Assembly: GCF_026571515.1 (NCBI RefSeq)
Contig: NW_026855510.1
Span: 62,001 to 126,000, forward strand
DNA from: Ruditapes philippinarum
Lineage: Eukaryota
DNA: 64,000 bases
Direction of reading: 5' to 3'
Position 1 is the stretch's first letter; each line of letters starts with the position of its first letter. The notes beneath the pieces are model-generated. The model was given only the letters and a program-made list of their open reading frames with translations. It ran no database searches and had not been told where the DNA came from. A program made the position numbers and the translations under genes. Positions 1 to 12,602 of the stretch are shown in pieces.

Positions 1-194
1 AGTATACATGTAGAAGTCTTCTACAATAGTATGTCATATTCTGTTATATTATACGTGCGTTAATGAATCAAGTGCATAAAACTTTTAAAAAGCCAAACAA
101 TGACAATGGTTTTGATTTAATAAATACACATTATTATCAAAAAAATGATAAATCGATTTTTTGCAGTGGATGGGGTGACGTTAATATGAAATAT

Positions 195-429
195 AAGCCG
201 CGTCACGACAAAACCAACATAGTGCGTTTTCGACCAGCATGGATCCAGACCAGCCTGCGCATCCGCGCAGTCTGATCAGGATCCATGCTGTTCGCTATCA
301 GTTTCTCTACTTGTAATAGAGTTGGTAAGCGAACAGCATGGATCCTGATCAGACTGCGCGGAGGCTCAGGCTGGTCTGGATCCATGCTGGTCGCAAACGC
401 ACTATGTTGGTTTTGTCGTGACGCGGCTC
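195..429. mobile_element. Palindromic MITE, Sola-like non-autonomous DNA transposon (copy 1)
   Basis: Nearly whole-element inverted repeat, (G/A)AGCCGCGTCACGACAAAACC...GGTTTTGTCGTGACGCGGCTC, with internal GGATCC-containing sub-repeats. Five related copies occur in the window. Confidence 0.85.
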
Positions 430-1421
430 AATTATGTTATTATAGTGTAACACGTGTTGATTTCATACGGAGTCTTGATATTTGTCATTACACATAAAAC
501 CTGTCAAGTTAATACCAACTAATCTTACACAGCTTGAAATCTAGAATACAGTATGTAGAATTCTTATTGTAATAGGCCAGAGCAACATTTGGATCGGAGT
601 CATTTTTTTTACAAAATAAAATTACAAGTACAAATGAAATGCGCCATGTTTTGATAATAAAATTATGTGTAAGAAGAAGGTACTTTTAGTAACGTTGTTA
701 TTTAACTTATTAAAATAGCCCAAAAACTACTATCTTATACAAATGGTATTTTTTTAAACTGTTGATTTACTAGACTGATTTAATTCAGCCGATTTACAAA
801 AGTAAATGTTTGATGATTCATTGAAACACTAAATATCGTTTGTGTTAGATTGACATAAATTCTCTAAACATTGTTCGTCATTTTATTGGGTTTTCATTGT
901 GTGCCTTTTGCAGTCAAATAAAACATATGTCGATGAAGTTAAACATAATTTATTAGAATATTTTTGATCCTGTTGTTACCTATACTAAATATTTTTGTTT
1001 TGGTACTCTTCGTTCGCATGTTATTGCTTGATACATGTTAAATGTGTATTATGTAATCTGTGAAAATATGGAACAATAAAGTGAAATGATGTGAAAAAAA
1101 TGAAGTACAATATGCCAGTTCATGTACAAAGGTAAAATAAGAATTACTTTACATTTTGCCAAAATTGGTTTCAGTTTTATATTTTCATACGCAAAAATGA
1201 TAAAAATAACCAATAAAACCAAATAATATTTTATAAATAGACTTTATCGGTATAGACAATTTGATCTCTATTAAAACTAACCATTTTGCTTTTTTATTGT
1301 GAAACTGAATAGAGAATAGAAATATTTCATTTTATTTCATGTATATCTTATTATTTCATTAATACTTTTATATTTTGTTCATGGTTTCTTTACTTATGAC
1401 TTCAATACTTAAAGGACAATT

Positions 1422-1656
1422 GAGCCGTGTCATGACAAAACCAAGATAATGGGTTTGCGACCAGGATGGATCCAGACCAGCCTGCGCATTCGCGCAGTCT
1501 GATCAGGATCCATGCTGTTCGCTTACCAACCCTATTACAAGTAGAGAAACTGATAGCGAACAACATGGATCCTGATCAGACTGCGCGGATGCGCAGGCTG
1601 GTCTGGATCCATGCTGGTCGCAAACCCATTATTTTGGTTTTGTCGTGACGCGGCTT
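1422..1656. mobile_element. Palindromic MITE, Sola-like (copy 2)
   Basis: Termini GAGCC...GGCTT, flanked by a 4-bp direct repeat AATT (1418-1421 and 1657-1660). GRG termini with a 4-bp TSD are Sola hallmarks. Confidence 0.85.
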
Positions 1657-3009
1657 AATTATGTTACACATTATCTGACAAAAACAACAACTTATTCCTT
1701 GGCCTGAACAGAATTGTTATTATAAGGATCAACAAAATATACTAAAATATATTAATATTTAGCCAATTAAAAAATAAAGAATATTTTGTTATTGCATTAT
1801 TTAATGTTGTAATAGTGCATTATAGTTACAATGTATTCAATCTCGTATTCGTATTAACACCGGACAATTTATCACCAGATGCATTTCTTATATATGAGAC
1901 CCTTTGCTAAAAATGGCTGCTATTGTTATTTTAAGTAAAACAGCTTGACAAACAGAGGTTTCAAAAGTTATTGAATCAGATATTATAATTTCTATCAATG
2001 AATATAAATCTTGGCACAGGAAACATTCAATTGTATATACCGTCCTCAGAACAAGCGACAGAAAGAAAATTAATGATAGGCATTTTATTACTAGCGCAGA
2101 TATGGAAATAATTAAAAGATTTGGTGCAATATTAATGATACTAACACTATCGATGATGTCAATGTCATTTATGGCGTTTAAAGGTATTTGCAATTTTGTC
2201 TAGTATATTCATATAATAATTCTTTAGATCGTTTGTACATGTAACTATATGTCATAAGATGTTTTATAAGCGTGCTCAGGCACAGCTTATAAAGCAAGCG
2301 TCCAGCGAGCATGATAACTATTTCCTTTTACAAATTAAAACAACAATTTCCATGTGCAATAGCGAATGCCAATTTATTCTATCACAATATTAAAAATGAC
2401 AAGATAATGGTAATTTACATTGTTTATTAGACAATACAAAGCATTTACAAAATAAAAGAACGATATTATTTTGATAAGAAATATCAGGAATTAAAATTAG
2501 TTCTTCTTCTTCTTTGTTTCTTTTTTTTATTTTATTTTTATATTAACTTAAAAGTGTCAATTGTCTACACAACTCTTTAGTCTCTGTTATTATAACAATA
2601 AATTCACAGCCGACTTACTGATTTGCAAACAAGAGGTAGCACATTCTCTGAATGGAGCTCGGGAGTTATTTGAAATTACACGCATGTAAAATAAAGAAAT
2701 ATAAAAGTTTCTCAGGATAGACAATCAAGAAAATTGCTCTAATTCCGACTAAAAGTCTTGTTGCATAGAAGTTTATATGCTGATGTAATTTCATTATGGC
2801 CCCAAAATAGGTTTACATCCTTCGAATTCTTGACAAAATTAGCAAATACGTACGTTGTTAGTTTAAACATATTTCATTGCATCAAATACATGTCAAATAT
2901 TATACAAATTATGAGTATATGATAATAAAAAGCAAATGGGTTGGGCAACAATAAATGATTGTTGTCAGAAAAAAGTAGTTTTAACTTATCTTTGATCATC
3001 TGAAAGCAA

Positions 3010-3816
3010 TGTAGGAGCACATTTGTCTCGGAACACATTTATCTCACGAGGTGTGACCGATGTGTTCGAAAATATTCATATTTGCGACAGATTGGAAATG
3101 AGACTGATGTGTTCGACACACAATAGAAAGGACACTCGAAGCACATTTGTCTCACATTCTTCCATAAAATTCTACTTAAAAAAACTGTTCTGCTTAGTAC
3201 ATTGTAATTGATCGAAAAGGCGGATATAAAAATTGTTCTGGGTTTTCTGTATGTTCTGTTATACCGTTTTTATGTCACTTTCGGCCAATCAGAAACTTCC
3301 TGCCTCTGCATTGGTGTCATAAATTAACTTATGGAATATCCCTGTTCAGCATTTTACAGTGAAAGTTTCTACCAGTGCAGTATCCAGAACCCAAACACAT
3401 ATGCAGCATTTCCATTCTTATCGTTATTAATTTACGACGTTTCTTTCCGATGATTTAAGTTTTTTAAATGATTTAAAATATATTCTAAACAACAATGAGG
3501 TAGTATCTACGGTTGCATAAAGGTGATATATGATTTTCTTACTTATTTATTACGTGCGCACGCGATAGCTTTTACGTGGCCACGCGATACTCAAACGTAC
3601 GCACACGATAGCTATTACGTTCTAAAGGGATAGTTATTACGTGCGCACGCGATAACTATTATGTGCGCACGCGGATAGGTATTCCGCAGTTGGACCCTAA
3701 ACGGGCTTCCTCGCATGTATAGTTCGACGCCCCGAGTAATTGTTGAACCTACAGCGGTTAGGGACAAGTGAGGCCCCTAAATGAACTAAGGAAGAAAATG
3801 AGAAGACCATCCACGT
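3010..3816 (+). repeat. Interspersed repeat homologous to 16097-16475, with an extra internal segment and a short ACGTGCGCACGCGATA tandem array
   Basis: 3010-3210 and about 3640-3816 are nearly identical to 16097-16475. About five 22-23 bp tandem units lie at 3550-3675. Confidence 0.75.
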
Positions 3817-4197
3817 GTGTCAAATGTTTTTGAATGGCATTTGGAACGACAACCTGACTTTAAAAATAGCTCGAAATTTGTTTCAAAGGTTGAGCTAAAA
3901 TGATTAAATAAACAACAAAGCATGAATTTGTTTGGCTTTAAAAAAAACACCACAAAAAACAACAACAACAATATAAACAATAAAAAACAACAACAAAACA
4001 ATACCATTCATAGGAGTGATACAGTTTTTTTTAATAAAAGGCAACGTGTGTTGACAATAAGAAAGTGACAACCCAACAGGCAAAATGAATCCTCAAAAAA
4101 TCTCAAATACTAATATTGACATTTTTTTCTTGATAACGGCAATTACAAAAAATATCAAGTATATTGTTCTGAAAAGTTAATTAAAAGATTAGAGTCC

Positions 4198-7100
4198 TTA
4201 AATTGGTGGAGTTGGTGGGTTTCTACTTGACTCCTGGCTAACGTCTGCATCATCTTCAAATCCTCGTCTGTCCAACAACGTTGGTGCTTTAGGCGTGCAC
4301 AGGATATAAAAGCAGTTAGAGTACCAGCTACCCTGGCTGAATGGGTTTATGTTATTAGCAAATGTGTCTTTTAATGATTCGTTCGTGGTTTCTTCTCGGC
4401 AAACAAGACGTGCATGATAAACTACAAGACATAAAAGTCCGGTTAACAGTATTAGTAAGCAAAGGATTCCTTCAATAACACTGGGTATTGACTTCATAAA
4501 AGCTTCGTTGATTGGATATTCTTGTGCCCGGAAGGAGATAACTGCCACGTTACAGCCAATGACGTAACATGATAGCACGGTCGATATAATTAACAAAATA
4601 AAGTAATGTTTATAATTTCTTTTTCCGATGCAATTGGAGAGAAATGGGCAGTGGTGATCAAACCTTTCCACACAATTATCACAGACACTGCAATGGGATG
4701 ACCTGGGCGGTCTGTAGATCTTACACGTTCTGCAGTATTGCTGCTGGAATACTCTTCCTTTGATATCTGTTTCTGTGTAACGCGACCCGTTGTCGTCTGT
4801 TTTGTAGTTAATTTTTTCCTGTTTTTCAATATCGTAAGCGGTGGCTCGTGGTAAAATTCCGGGGTCAGTAAAAGCGGTCACGTTGAACAATACCAGCATA
4901 AGAAGAAAGATGGGCACCCCTAATGCTGGAACAACTGGGCTTACTCTTTTTGACAGATACACGCTGTCGAAGGCGAAAAACAGCCCTCCTAAAATAGAAA
5001 CAATTAAAAATCTTATTATCAAAATATGAACAGCAACGATGATATAGATTGATTTACGTTGAAAAATAAAATATACATATGACAAGTGAAAAACCCTGTC
5101 AGTCAAATGGAAATCTTTCTATATAGTCACACCGGTCATTTATGCACATTTTTACTGCTAAATTTATGTTGTTATTGTGACAGTTTACTTGTTTTTCTCC
5201 TATTAAATAAAATCATGCATCTAATAGACTAGTACATGTACCATCAAACAAAGATTATACTACATAACATAAAGGGTACGTATGTTTCGAGAAGTAGTGG
5301 TTAATTAAATCTGAACAGTAATAATACTGTCGAAATATAGTGCATTTTTAAAATCACGGTAAATAGTCGTTCAAAAACTAATTTGATGTTAGAAACCTTT
5401 AGTTAAGTGAATTATTTTGTGGGAATGAATATGCATTGATTTGAATTATTACTTTAAAAGTAATGCGTTAATTGATGTGAGGTTTCACTGCCCATGTTAG
5501 CCTTCAGTTATTTAAATGACAATTCACTGATAAAAGTTAAAATAAGGTAAAAAATCGATAATTAAGTAAATCACATGACATCACTAGTTATTAACGCAAT
5601 ATAACCATTATAAATGAGAACAAGAAAAGCATTGATGCAAAGCAGCAAAGGGCGTCCAGCAAGTGAAGATGAACTAGTAGACATATGATGACATAGAGGA
5701 TATTTGTTTAGTTCAGTGTAAGATCGGAATATATTTCACCGAGTGAGTACCAAAAGGTATATTTCACGAGTGGCGCAGCCACGAGTTAAAAATGAACTTT
5801 TGGTGTTCACATGGTGAAATATATTTTAATCTTACACTAAACTTAACAAATTTTCTTTTTATTACATGCAAAGAAACGTTTAAAAAGACTTTTTAACCTA
5901 GTACTAAATGAAAACCGCGCCAAATACTAATACAACGTGACGTCATTTATGGTTTCCAGTACTGTGCACGCTGGTATTTCACTAAAACAACGTAACGGGC
6001 TTAAATTCAAAACAGTGAAATTATCAAATTGGTAATTTCACTGTTTAAAACAGTGAAATTACCAGTTTTTATTTCGCTGATATATTTCTATAAACCACCG
6101 AAAAGCATGTTATAAAAGATATTCTTATAAACTTTTCAATGGTTAATTGGTTTTTACCAGAATTGTATATCACTTATGAATGAGCGGACGAAAGACATTG
6201 TTCATTATGAACTTTGGTAGGCATGCTAGAGATTAGAATATTACTTGTTTTTTTTTTCCACAGGAACTTGAAATTTTATCAATATTAACGATAATATCCA
6301 AAATATACAGGTCAATGATATTCAAAATATACTTTCCATATGGTATAAGTTTATTTATACTATATAGGGGGTATTTTTGGATATTATCATTAATATTGGT
6401 GATTTGATAGAATTTCAAGTTGATGTGGTATTTTCTTTGGAACATACAAAATAGTAGTCAAAATCAATAGTTCTTTTACATTTTTGAAATAATAAAATAC
6501 ATATATAATATTATAAATTATATTATAATTATTTTTTATGGTCATAAAATTTATGTTATATCGTGATTATTAATAGCAACGGATATATACAATCATTTTT
6601 AATCCATTTGTGTAAGGCATGGTCAACACCACACTTGTGTGTTGTCCCTTATTATGTTATCGCTGTTAGCGAAGACCCCCTCTTTATATCACCATGTTGA
6701 GCATAATTGTTTTATTATACAATAATTGTAATATTTATTTTAATTTTTTTTACATATTTCATGAATATTGTTTTCTTTTTCTTCCTTTTTTTGTGTTTTA
6801 TGTGTTATTTTAATACTGAGTTTTTACGTTTACTACTTTTTTATTATAATTGTAAAATAGATTTTAAGAATTCAATTGTCATATTTACCGACGATTATAA
6901 GTCAAAAATAAACTGGAAAAGTCAGTAAATTATGGTTAATATTTCAATACATTATATTGTTTATTCTTAAACAATGTACATGTACATTTGTATTTGTCTT
7001 TATCATTTTTTAAATTATCAATCAATTGAATAAAGCATAAAATTTAATTTGTAACTTAGAATAATTCCTCAGCATCTTTACTAAACACGAATTACAAATT

Positions 7101-8784
7101 AAATAAAATGTTTCAAAGTTGATGGTGTCATATTAATACCATAAAAATGTACCTTTTTACTCAATTATTGTATATACATATATGTATAATAATAATAATC
7201 AATTTTGAGAGTTGACCTGTGTTTATTAATTATTGTAACAAAACTAAGTGACAAACATTCATTTTGGAAAAAAAAATATTTATCTGTAATGATATCAAAC
7301 ATCTACTCCAAAACCGGGAGAGACCGGACAATAAACGTGTGGAACTATTCGCCGGTCTCTAGTAAATCCCGGTCAAAATAGACCGGGAGAGACCGGGAAT
7401 TACTGATAGGAGACGGGCGAATAGAACATCCCTCCATAAATAGATTTTCGGACTTTCACAATGTTAAGGTCATAATTCTATTTACAGATTACGGATACAT
7501 GTACAACAATAACAATCCATGTACTACAAAATGATTAATAAAAACCCCCGAAGAGCGCGATTAATTGACGGAAATGATTATTTCATTTGAATATATTTGC
7601 ATTGCGAAATTCTCCAGTTGCTACATTGTTCGCGACATTTCATTTTTGATAATCAAAAACCCTCATACCAATCGGAATGATCGGCTATTATGACCGACGA
7701 AAAGGCCCGAGGAGTTGCTGTCGCCCTTTCACAAAATCTGATTTCATTCCATAAGGGGCGTCGCGCTTCGGCGCGGACGCCAATAATATCGGCCTCAGGG
7801 CTATTTCACACCGGTTGTTAGTTTTAATGCGTAGAAATTGACCACGAAGGCCGCAATCCGTACTATTATAATGCAATAATACCTATGATCAAGATCAAGG
7901 CGAGAGTGATCAAGTATCCGGTGCTATCAGGTCCACGGATATATCTTCCTTTACAACAAAATTTATTCCCACCGGGGAACACCTCCCATTTTCTCAGACG
8001 TTTCGTTTTACCTGTAAAATGTTAAGAGATTACTAAAATAGTAATTGGAAACCGTCATATTACTGTAAGAAGTACAATAAGTTATTTTTATGAAAAACAG
8101 ATTCATTTTCAGCGGGATTTAGTAGCACACATTAAAGGGACTCCACACGTGACACGATTGGACTGGAAATAATTTTTCGAGATTAATGTTCCCTTTGATG
8201 GAGATCAAACTCCAAAAAGGAAAACATCGTAAGGCTTTTCACTCAAAGTGATAACAAGAATAACATAAAAATAGCATTTTCAATTTCTGTTTATGTTTCT
8301 TAATAATCAATTTGCATATCTTTCATTTTTAAGTGCCCTAGCTGGTCAATGAAAGAATTTTATTTTTTTTTTTATATTTTAGGCTTTTGTGCCTCATTTG
8401 AATTCCTTTAACTGAAATCATACCAATATTTGTGAAAATTGAAATTCTTTAACTCATGTGACTTTCTAATGAATAACATAAAATACAGGTTCTATGAATA
8501 AATTAAAGTTCCATACCTTTCGAATTTGTTTTACTTTGGCAATTGCTGGAGCTAATGGTGTCACAATCATTTCTGGGCAACATGGTCTCGTCTAAAATTT
8601 GAACGATTACATCCTTGGGTGTGACAATCCCCGCCTCAACTTGGTTATGAGAAGGCTTGCATTGGCACAAAGAAGACTTAAATTTATCTTGGCTATGGGA
8701 TGACTTTATCTCACCTTGGCCATGGACAAATTGTCCTGTCTTTCCTTGAGTTTTGGGAGACTTTGGCTCTTTAATTTCTTTCAT
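4198..8784 (-). CDS. DHHC palmitoyltransferase, ZDHHC9/14/18 (Erf2) subfamily; spliced model join(8784..8517, 8011..7883, 4988..4198), about 395 aa
   Basis: Exon 2 encodes RKWEVFPGGNKFCCKGR plus TM1. Exon 3 encodes GLFFAFD, DPG, the full cysteine-rich domain CRTCKIYRPPRSSHCSVCDNCVERFDHHCPF, TTNE and NPF. All junctions are GT-AG and phase 1 (AAAG|GTATGG, TTTACAG|, ATAG|GTATT, TTTCTATTTTAG|). An in-frame TGA lies just upstream of ATG 8784. Confidence 0.88.
5694..6117 (+). mobile_element. Hairpin/internal-complement element (Crypton-like non-autonomous), in ZDHHC intron
   Basis: Starts TAGAGGATATT. Palindrome of about 160 bp centred on CGAGTGGCGCAGCCACGAG (5767-5785). Internal TTTTATTACATGC (5857-5869) is complementary to the 3' end GCATGTTATAAAA. 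Confidence 0.65.
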
Positions 8785-10958
8785 TCGTAATTCGAGTCAT
8801 TTCTGTAAAAAAAAGAAAGAAAGTAAGACAAACTACAAGCTACTAGTATTGTAAAACAAAATTTAAAGTAACTTTTAAACGGAACAAGATATTAATAAGT
8901 CGGGGGGGGGGGGCAAACAAAATAAAGTAACTATGCAAGTGATATAAAAGAAAATTTGATATTTATTGTATTGTCGCAATGACCATTGGAATTTACAATG
9001 AGGAGTTAAATTTACCATTTACAGTTAATGAAATTCAGTCAGTTTTAAAGGCTTTAAAGAGCAACAAATCTGCATCACCAATGGATAATATCTTAAATGA
9101 ATATCTTAAGAATTTGCCCTGTTCAATGTTACCAGTTGTTTGCAAACTATTTAATATTATTTTTGATTCAGGTTTCTTCCCTGAAATTTGGAGTAAAGGG
9201 GTAATTCTTCCTTTATACAAGAATAAAGGTGATATTAATGATCCTGACAATTACAGGGGAATAACAATTTTGAGCTGTTTTGGTAAATTATTTACATCTG
9301 TTGTGAATAGTCGGTTGAATAAATTTTTAGAATCTGATAATATTCTTTGTGAAAAGCAAGCCGGGTTTAGAAAAAAAATACATTACAGTTGATCATATTT
9401 TTTCACTTAAATGTTTAATAGATTTGTACTTGGCTAACAAAAGAAAACTATTTTGTGCTTTTATTGATTATAGAAAAGCCTTTGATTCTGTAAATAGACT
9501 TGCTTTATGGAACAAGTTATTAAGTTCAAATATAGATGGTAAATGTTTTAAGATAATACACAATATGTATGAAAATATTAAGTCCTGTGTTAGAGTCAGT
9601 GACCATTTTTCTGACTTTTGGCGTCCGACAAGGAGAAAATTTATCCCCAGTTTTATTCTCTTTGTTTTTAAATGACTTGAACTCGTTCCTGTCTCAAAGA
9701 TTTGAAGGTTTAAATTTCCTGTCTAACAGTGTTAGTAACACTTTAAGCACAGATGATTTGAAGTTTATCTTAAATTGTTTATGTTGCTCTATGCTGACGA
9801 TACAGTTATTTTAGCTGAAAGTCCTAATGAGTTACAAAAAGCATTAAATGCAATGTCTGATTACTGTAATATTTGGGGTTTAAAGGTAAACACTGCCAAA
9901 ACAAAAATTGTTGTGTTCTGTAAAAGTAAAAGGGGGTGGAATAATATTAATCCTCTAGAATTTGAGGGTAACATACTTGAGATTGTAGATTGTTTTGATT
10001 ATCTTGGGGTTCAGTTTTCATTTAACGGAAAATTTTTAGGCACAAGAAAAAAACTGATTGATCAAGCTCGAAAAGCTATGTTTTCTGTGTTAACAAAGTC
10101 TCTCATTTGATATACAATTGAGTTTATTTGATGCAATGGTGGCTCCTATTATTTTATATGGATCCGAGGTCTTGGGCGTAGAAAATGTACAAATAATTGA
10201 TCGTTTCCAATTGAAATATATTAAATTAGTTTTCGGACTGAAGCAATCTACCCCATCATGTATGATTTATGGCGAGATAGGAATATTGCCTTTGTCTTTG
10301 CAAATTAAGTCAAGAGTTCTGAACTATTGGGGCAAATTGATTAATGATAAAAAGGATAAAATTTGTTTTATGCTGTATGTCAAAGAAACTTTACTCTGAT
10401 TTTGATGTGGATTTTCCTTGGTTGAAATTTGTGCATACTTCTTTAGATTCTCTCGGTCTGTCAAGTTATTGGATTTTTCAAACAGTTAGTTCTGTCCCAC
10501 ATTTTAAGAAAATTATTTCTGCTAGAATTAAGGATCAGTTTATTCAAGATTGGCAATCTTCTATTCATGAATCCAGTAAATGTCTGAATTATAGAATTTT
10601 TAAAACTCAATTTGGTTTTGAAAAATACTTTAACATTTTACCAACAGATTTAGCAATAGCGTTTTTCAAATTTAGATGTATGAACCACAAAATGCCAATT
10701 GAAACAGGTAGATTTTTTAATTTGGATAGAAGTCTAAGAGTGTGCTGTTTATGTTCTGATAATTTGTTAGGTAATGAATTTGATTATTTATTTCACTGTT
10801 CCTATTTTCAACACCTGAGAAAGACATATTTAGACAATTCATTTTTTCATAGACCTAACATTATTAATTTTTCAAATTTAATGAATAGTGAAAGCAAAAA
10901 TGTTTTATTCAATCTAGCAATATTCTGTAAGAAAATAATCTTTGTGCTTAATAATACA

Positions 10959-11333
10959 TAGAGGATATTGAATGAGTGTAGGTTTAATACTAAATTTATT
11001 GAACGAGTTGAATAAAATCATATTATGCGAGCCTCTGGCGAGCATAATATTCTTTTATTCAACGAGTTCAATAAATTTAGTATTGAATCTACACGAATAT
11101 AATATTCTATTTATCACATATATAAAATAAGAACGGTAAATTGTTAAAAAGAGTCATTTTTCTTTGACGCGCCTATAGTGTAACGCTAACATTAGCGCGC
11201 TTTAACGCTATGTTTATAGCGCAAATGACGTGACGTCAAAGTGTTATTACACTAGTGTAATATTGTCTAGTGTAATATCGTTTTTATTAAATGGCTTTAT
11301 TACACTCCTGTGCCGCGGTTTATGTGATAAATA
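10959..11333 (+). mobile_element. Hairpin/internal-complement element (Crypton-like), first of a head-to-tail pair
   Basis: TAGAGGATATT start and a palindrome of about 145 bp centred on GCGAGCCTCTGGCGAGC. Internal AATATTCTATTTATCACATA (11101-11120); end TATGTGATAAATA. Confidence 0.7.
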
Positions 11334-11731
11334 GAGGATATTCAAGTTTTTTCTATAAATACATGATTTATTTTCATCGAGTGGTATGAAAATAAATATT
11401 TCATGAGTGGCGGTAGCCACGAGTGAAATATGGTAATTTTCATGCCACAAGATGAAAATAAATCATGTATTTATAGAAAAAACTTGAATTTTCTGTTTAT
11501 TATGTACATTTTTCTCTTTTTTGCGATAAAATTTGAAAAACTTTCCCTTAAATTTTGTGTATTGGTAGAATTTAAAAGAAAGTAGCCCGCAAGACACCAG
11601 TGAAAATACGGAAAATATGTTGCATTGCAGTGAAAATTATTTTTTTTACGGTGAAAATGTGGAAAAATAAAAATACGCATTTTATTTCATCAATATTTCT
11701 CAATATTTCCTTTATAAGTATATAATAAATA
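11332..11731 (+). mobile_element. Hairpin/internal-complement element (Crypton-like), second of the pair
   Basis: TAGAGGATATT start and a palindrome centred on GAGTGGCGGTAGCCACGAG. Internal TGTTTATTATGTAC (about 11494-11507) is complementary to the end GTATATAATAAATA. Confidence 0.7.
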
Positions 11732-12602
11732 TTGATATTTTTTTTTTCATTTTGATCTCATTCTCCGATTCTAAATTGTTAAGTATAAATATGTTATATT
11801 TTTATTCTATTTTTTATTTCTATTTTGTTCTCTTTTTTTATGTACATAATTATGTTCATAACATTGCCATTTCAATTATGTATCACTTTACTTTGTTTTG
11901 TAAACATTTGTTATATTGTTGTTTTCTCACATGCCCAGTTGGGCCTTGAGATATCAATAAAAACTTGAAAACTTGAAAACTTGGTTTGCGGGACACAGAC
12001 ATTCATACAGCAGACATCATATACAACCATTGTGATAATTAAAATAAGAACAATATTCATTTTTTTGCAAATAATGTCATTAAATTTCTGTTTTAACTGA
12101 AAAAAGTCAGACTATGCATGCCATATATATTGTCATATATTTTTTCTTTTTTAAAATCAAATAAAGAAAATTAACAGAATAACATGAAAATTTGTCTTAA
12201 TTCAAGAAAAAACATGCATATTTGTACGAAATGAAAACCCTGGGCAAAATTGTTAGGACTGTAGTCGTTGCATATTACTCATTACTTGAACTCTTAACAA
12301 AGGCTACCCTATAATACAATGCTTGACTGATGATAAATTAAGATGTATATATCTAAATTCATGATCTATTTATCTCCGAATTTATGGGAATACAAACAAG
12401 TAATTCCAGGTATTTGTATTACGAATAAAATAAAAATACTCACTAAATATGTTTTCTTTTGGTAGCGTTTTCAGAAGCTATACTGATTCTGATTGACGTA
12501 AACGACGTCTCTAAGTAACGACGTCATGCGTGACAAGGGACGTCACTCTTTAAAATAATTGCGTTGCAGGGGACGTAATTTTGATCTATACTGCACAGTA
12601 TA

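Larger units (their letters stand above)
8979..11983 (+). mobile_element. 5'-truncated, frameshifted non-LTR retrotransposon (LINE; RTE-X/CR1-like, clade not determined)
   Basis: RT fragments in shifting frames: NYRGITILS, FIDYRKAFDSV, GVRQGENLSP, YADD, and a C-terminal HKMPIETGR...CCLC region. The 3' end has AATAAA plus an (AAAACTTG)3 tail at 11956-11983. It is interrupted at 10959-11731. Confidence 0.9.

Noticed and set aside
63-497. Short ORFs such as MDPDQ...RMRRLVWIHAGRK (also at 1466, 27910, 31733)
   Set aside because: They are translations of the palindromic MITE.
4989-5139. N-terminus of ORF 4198..5106, read as an intronless ZDHHC retrogene with a TTG start or nonsense codon
   Set aside because: This stretch is intron: there is a strong acceptor at 4989, and the true family N-terminus is found in exon 8011-7883.
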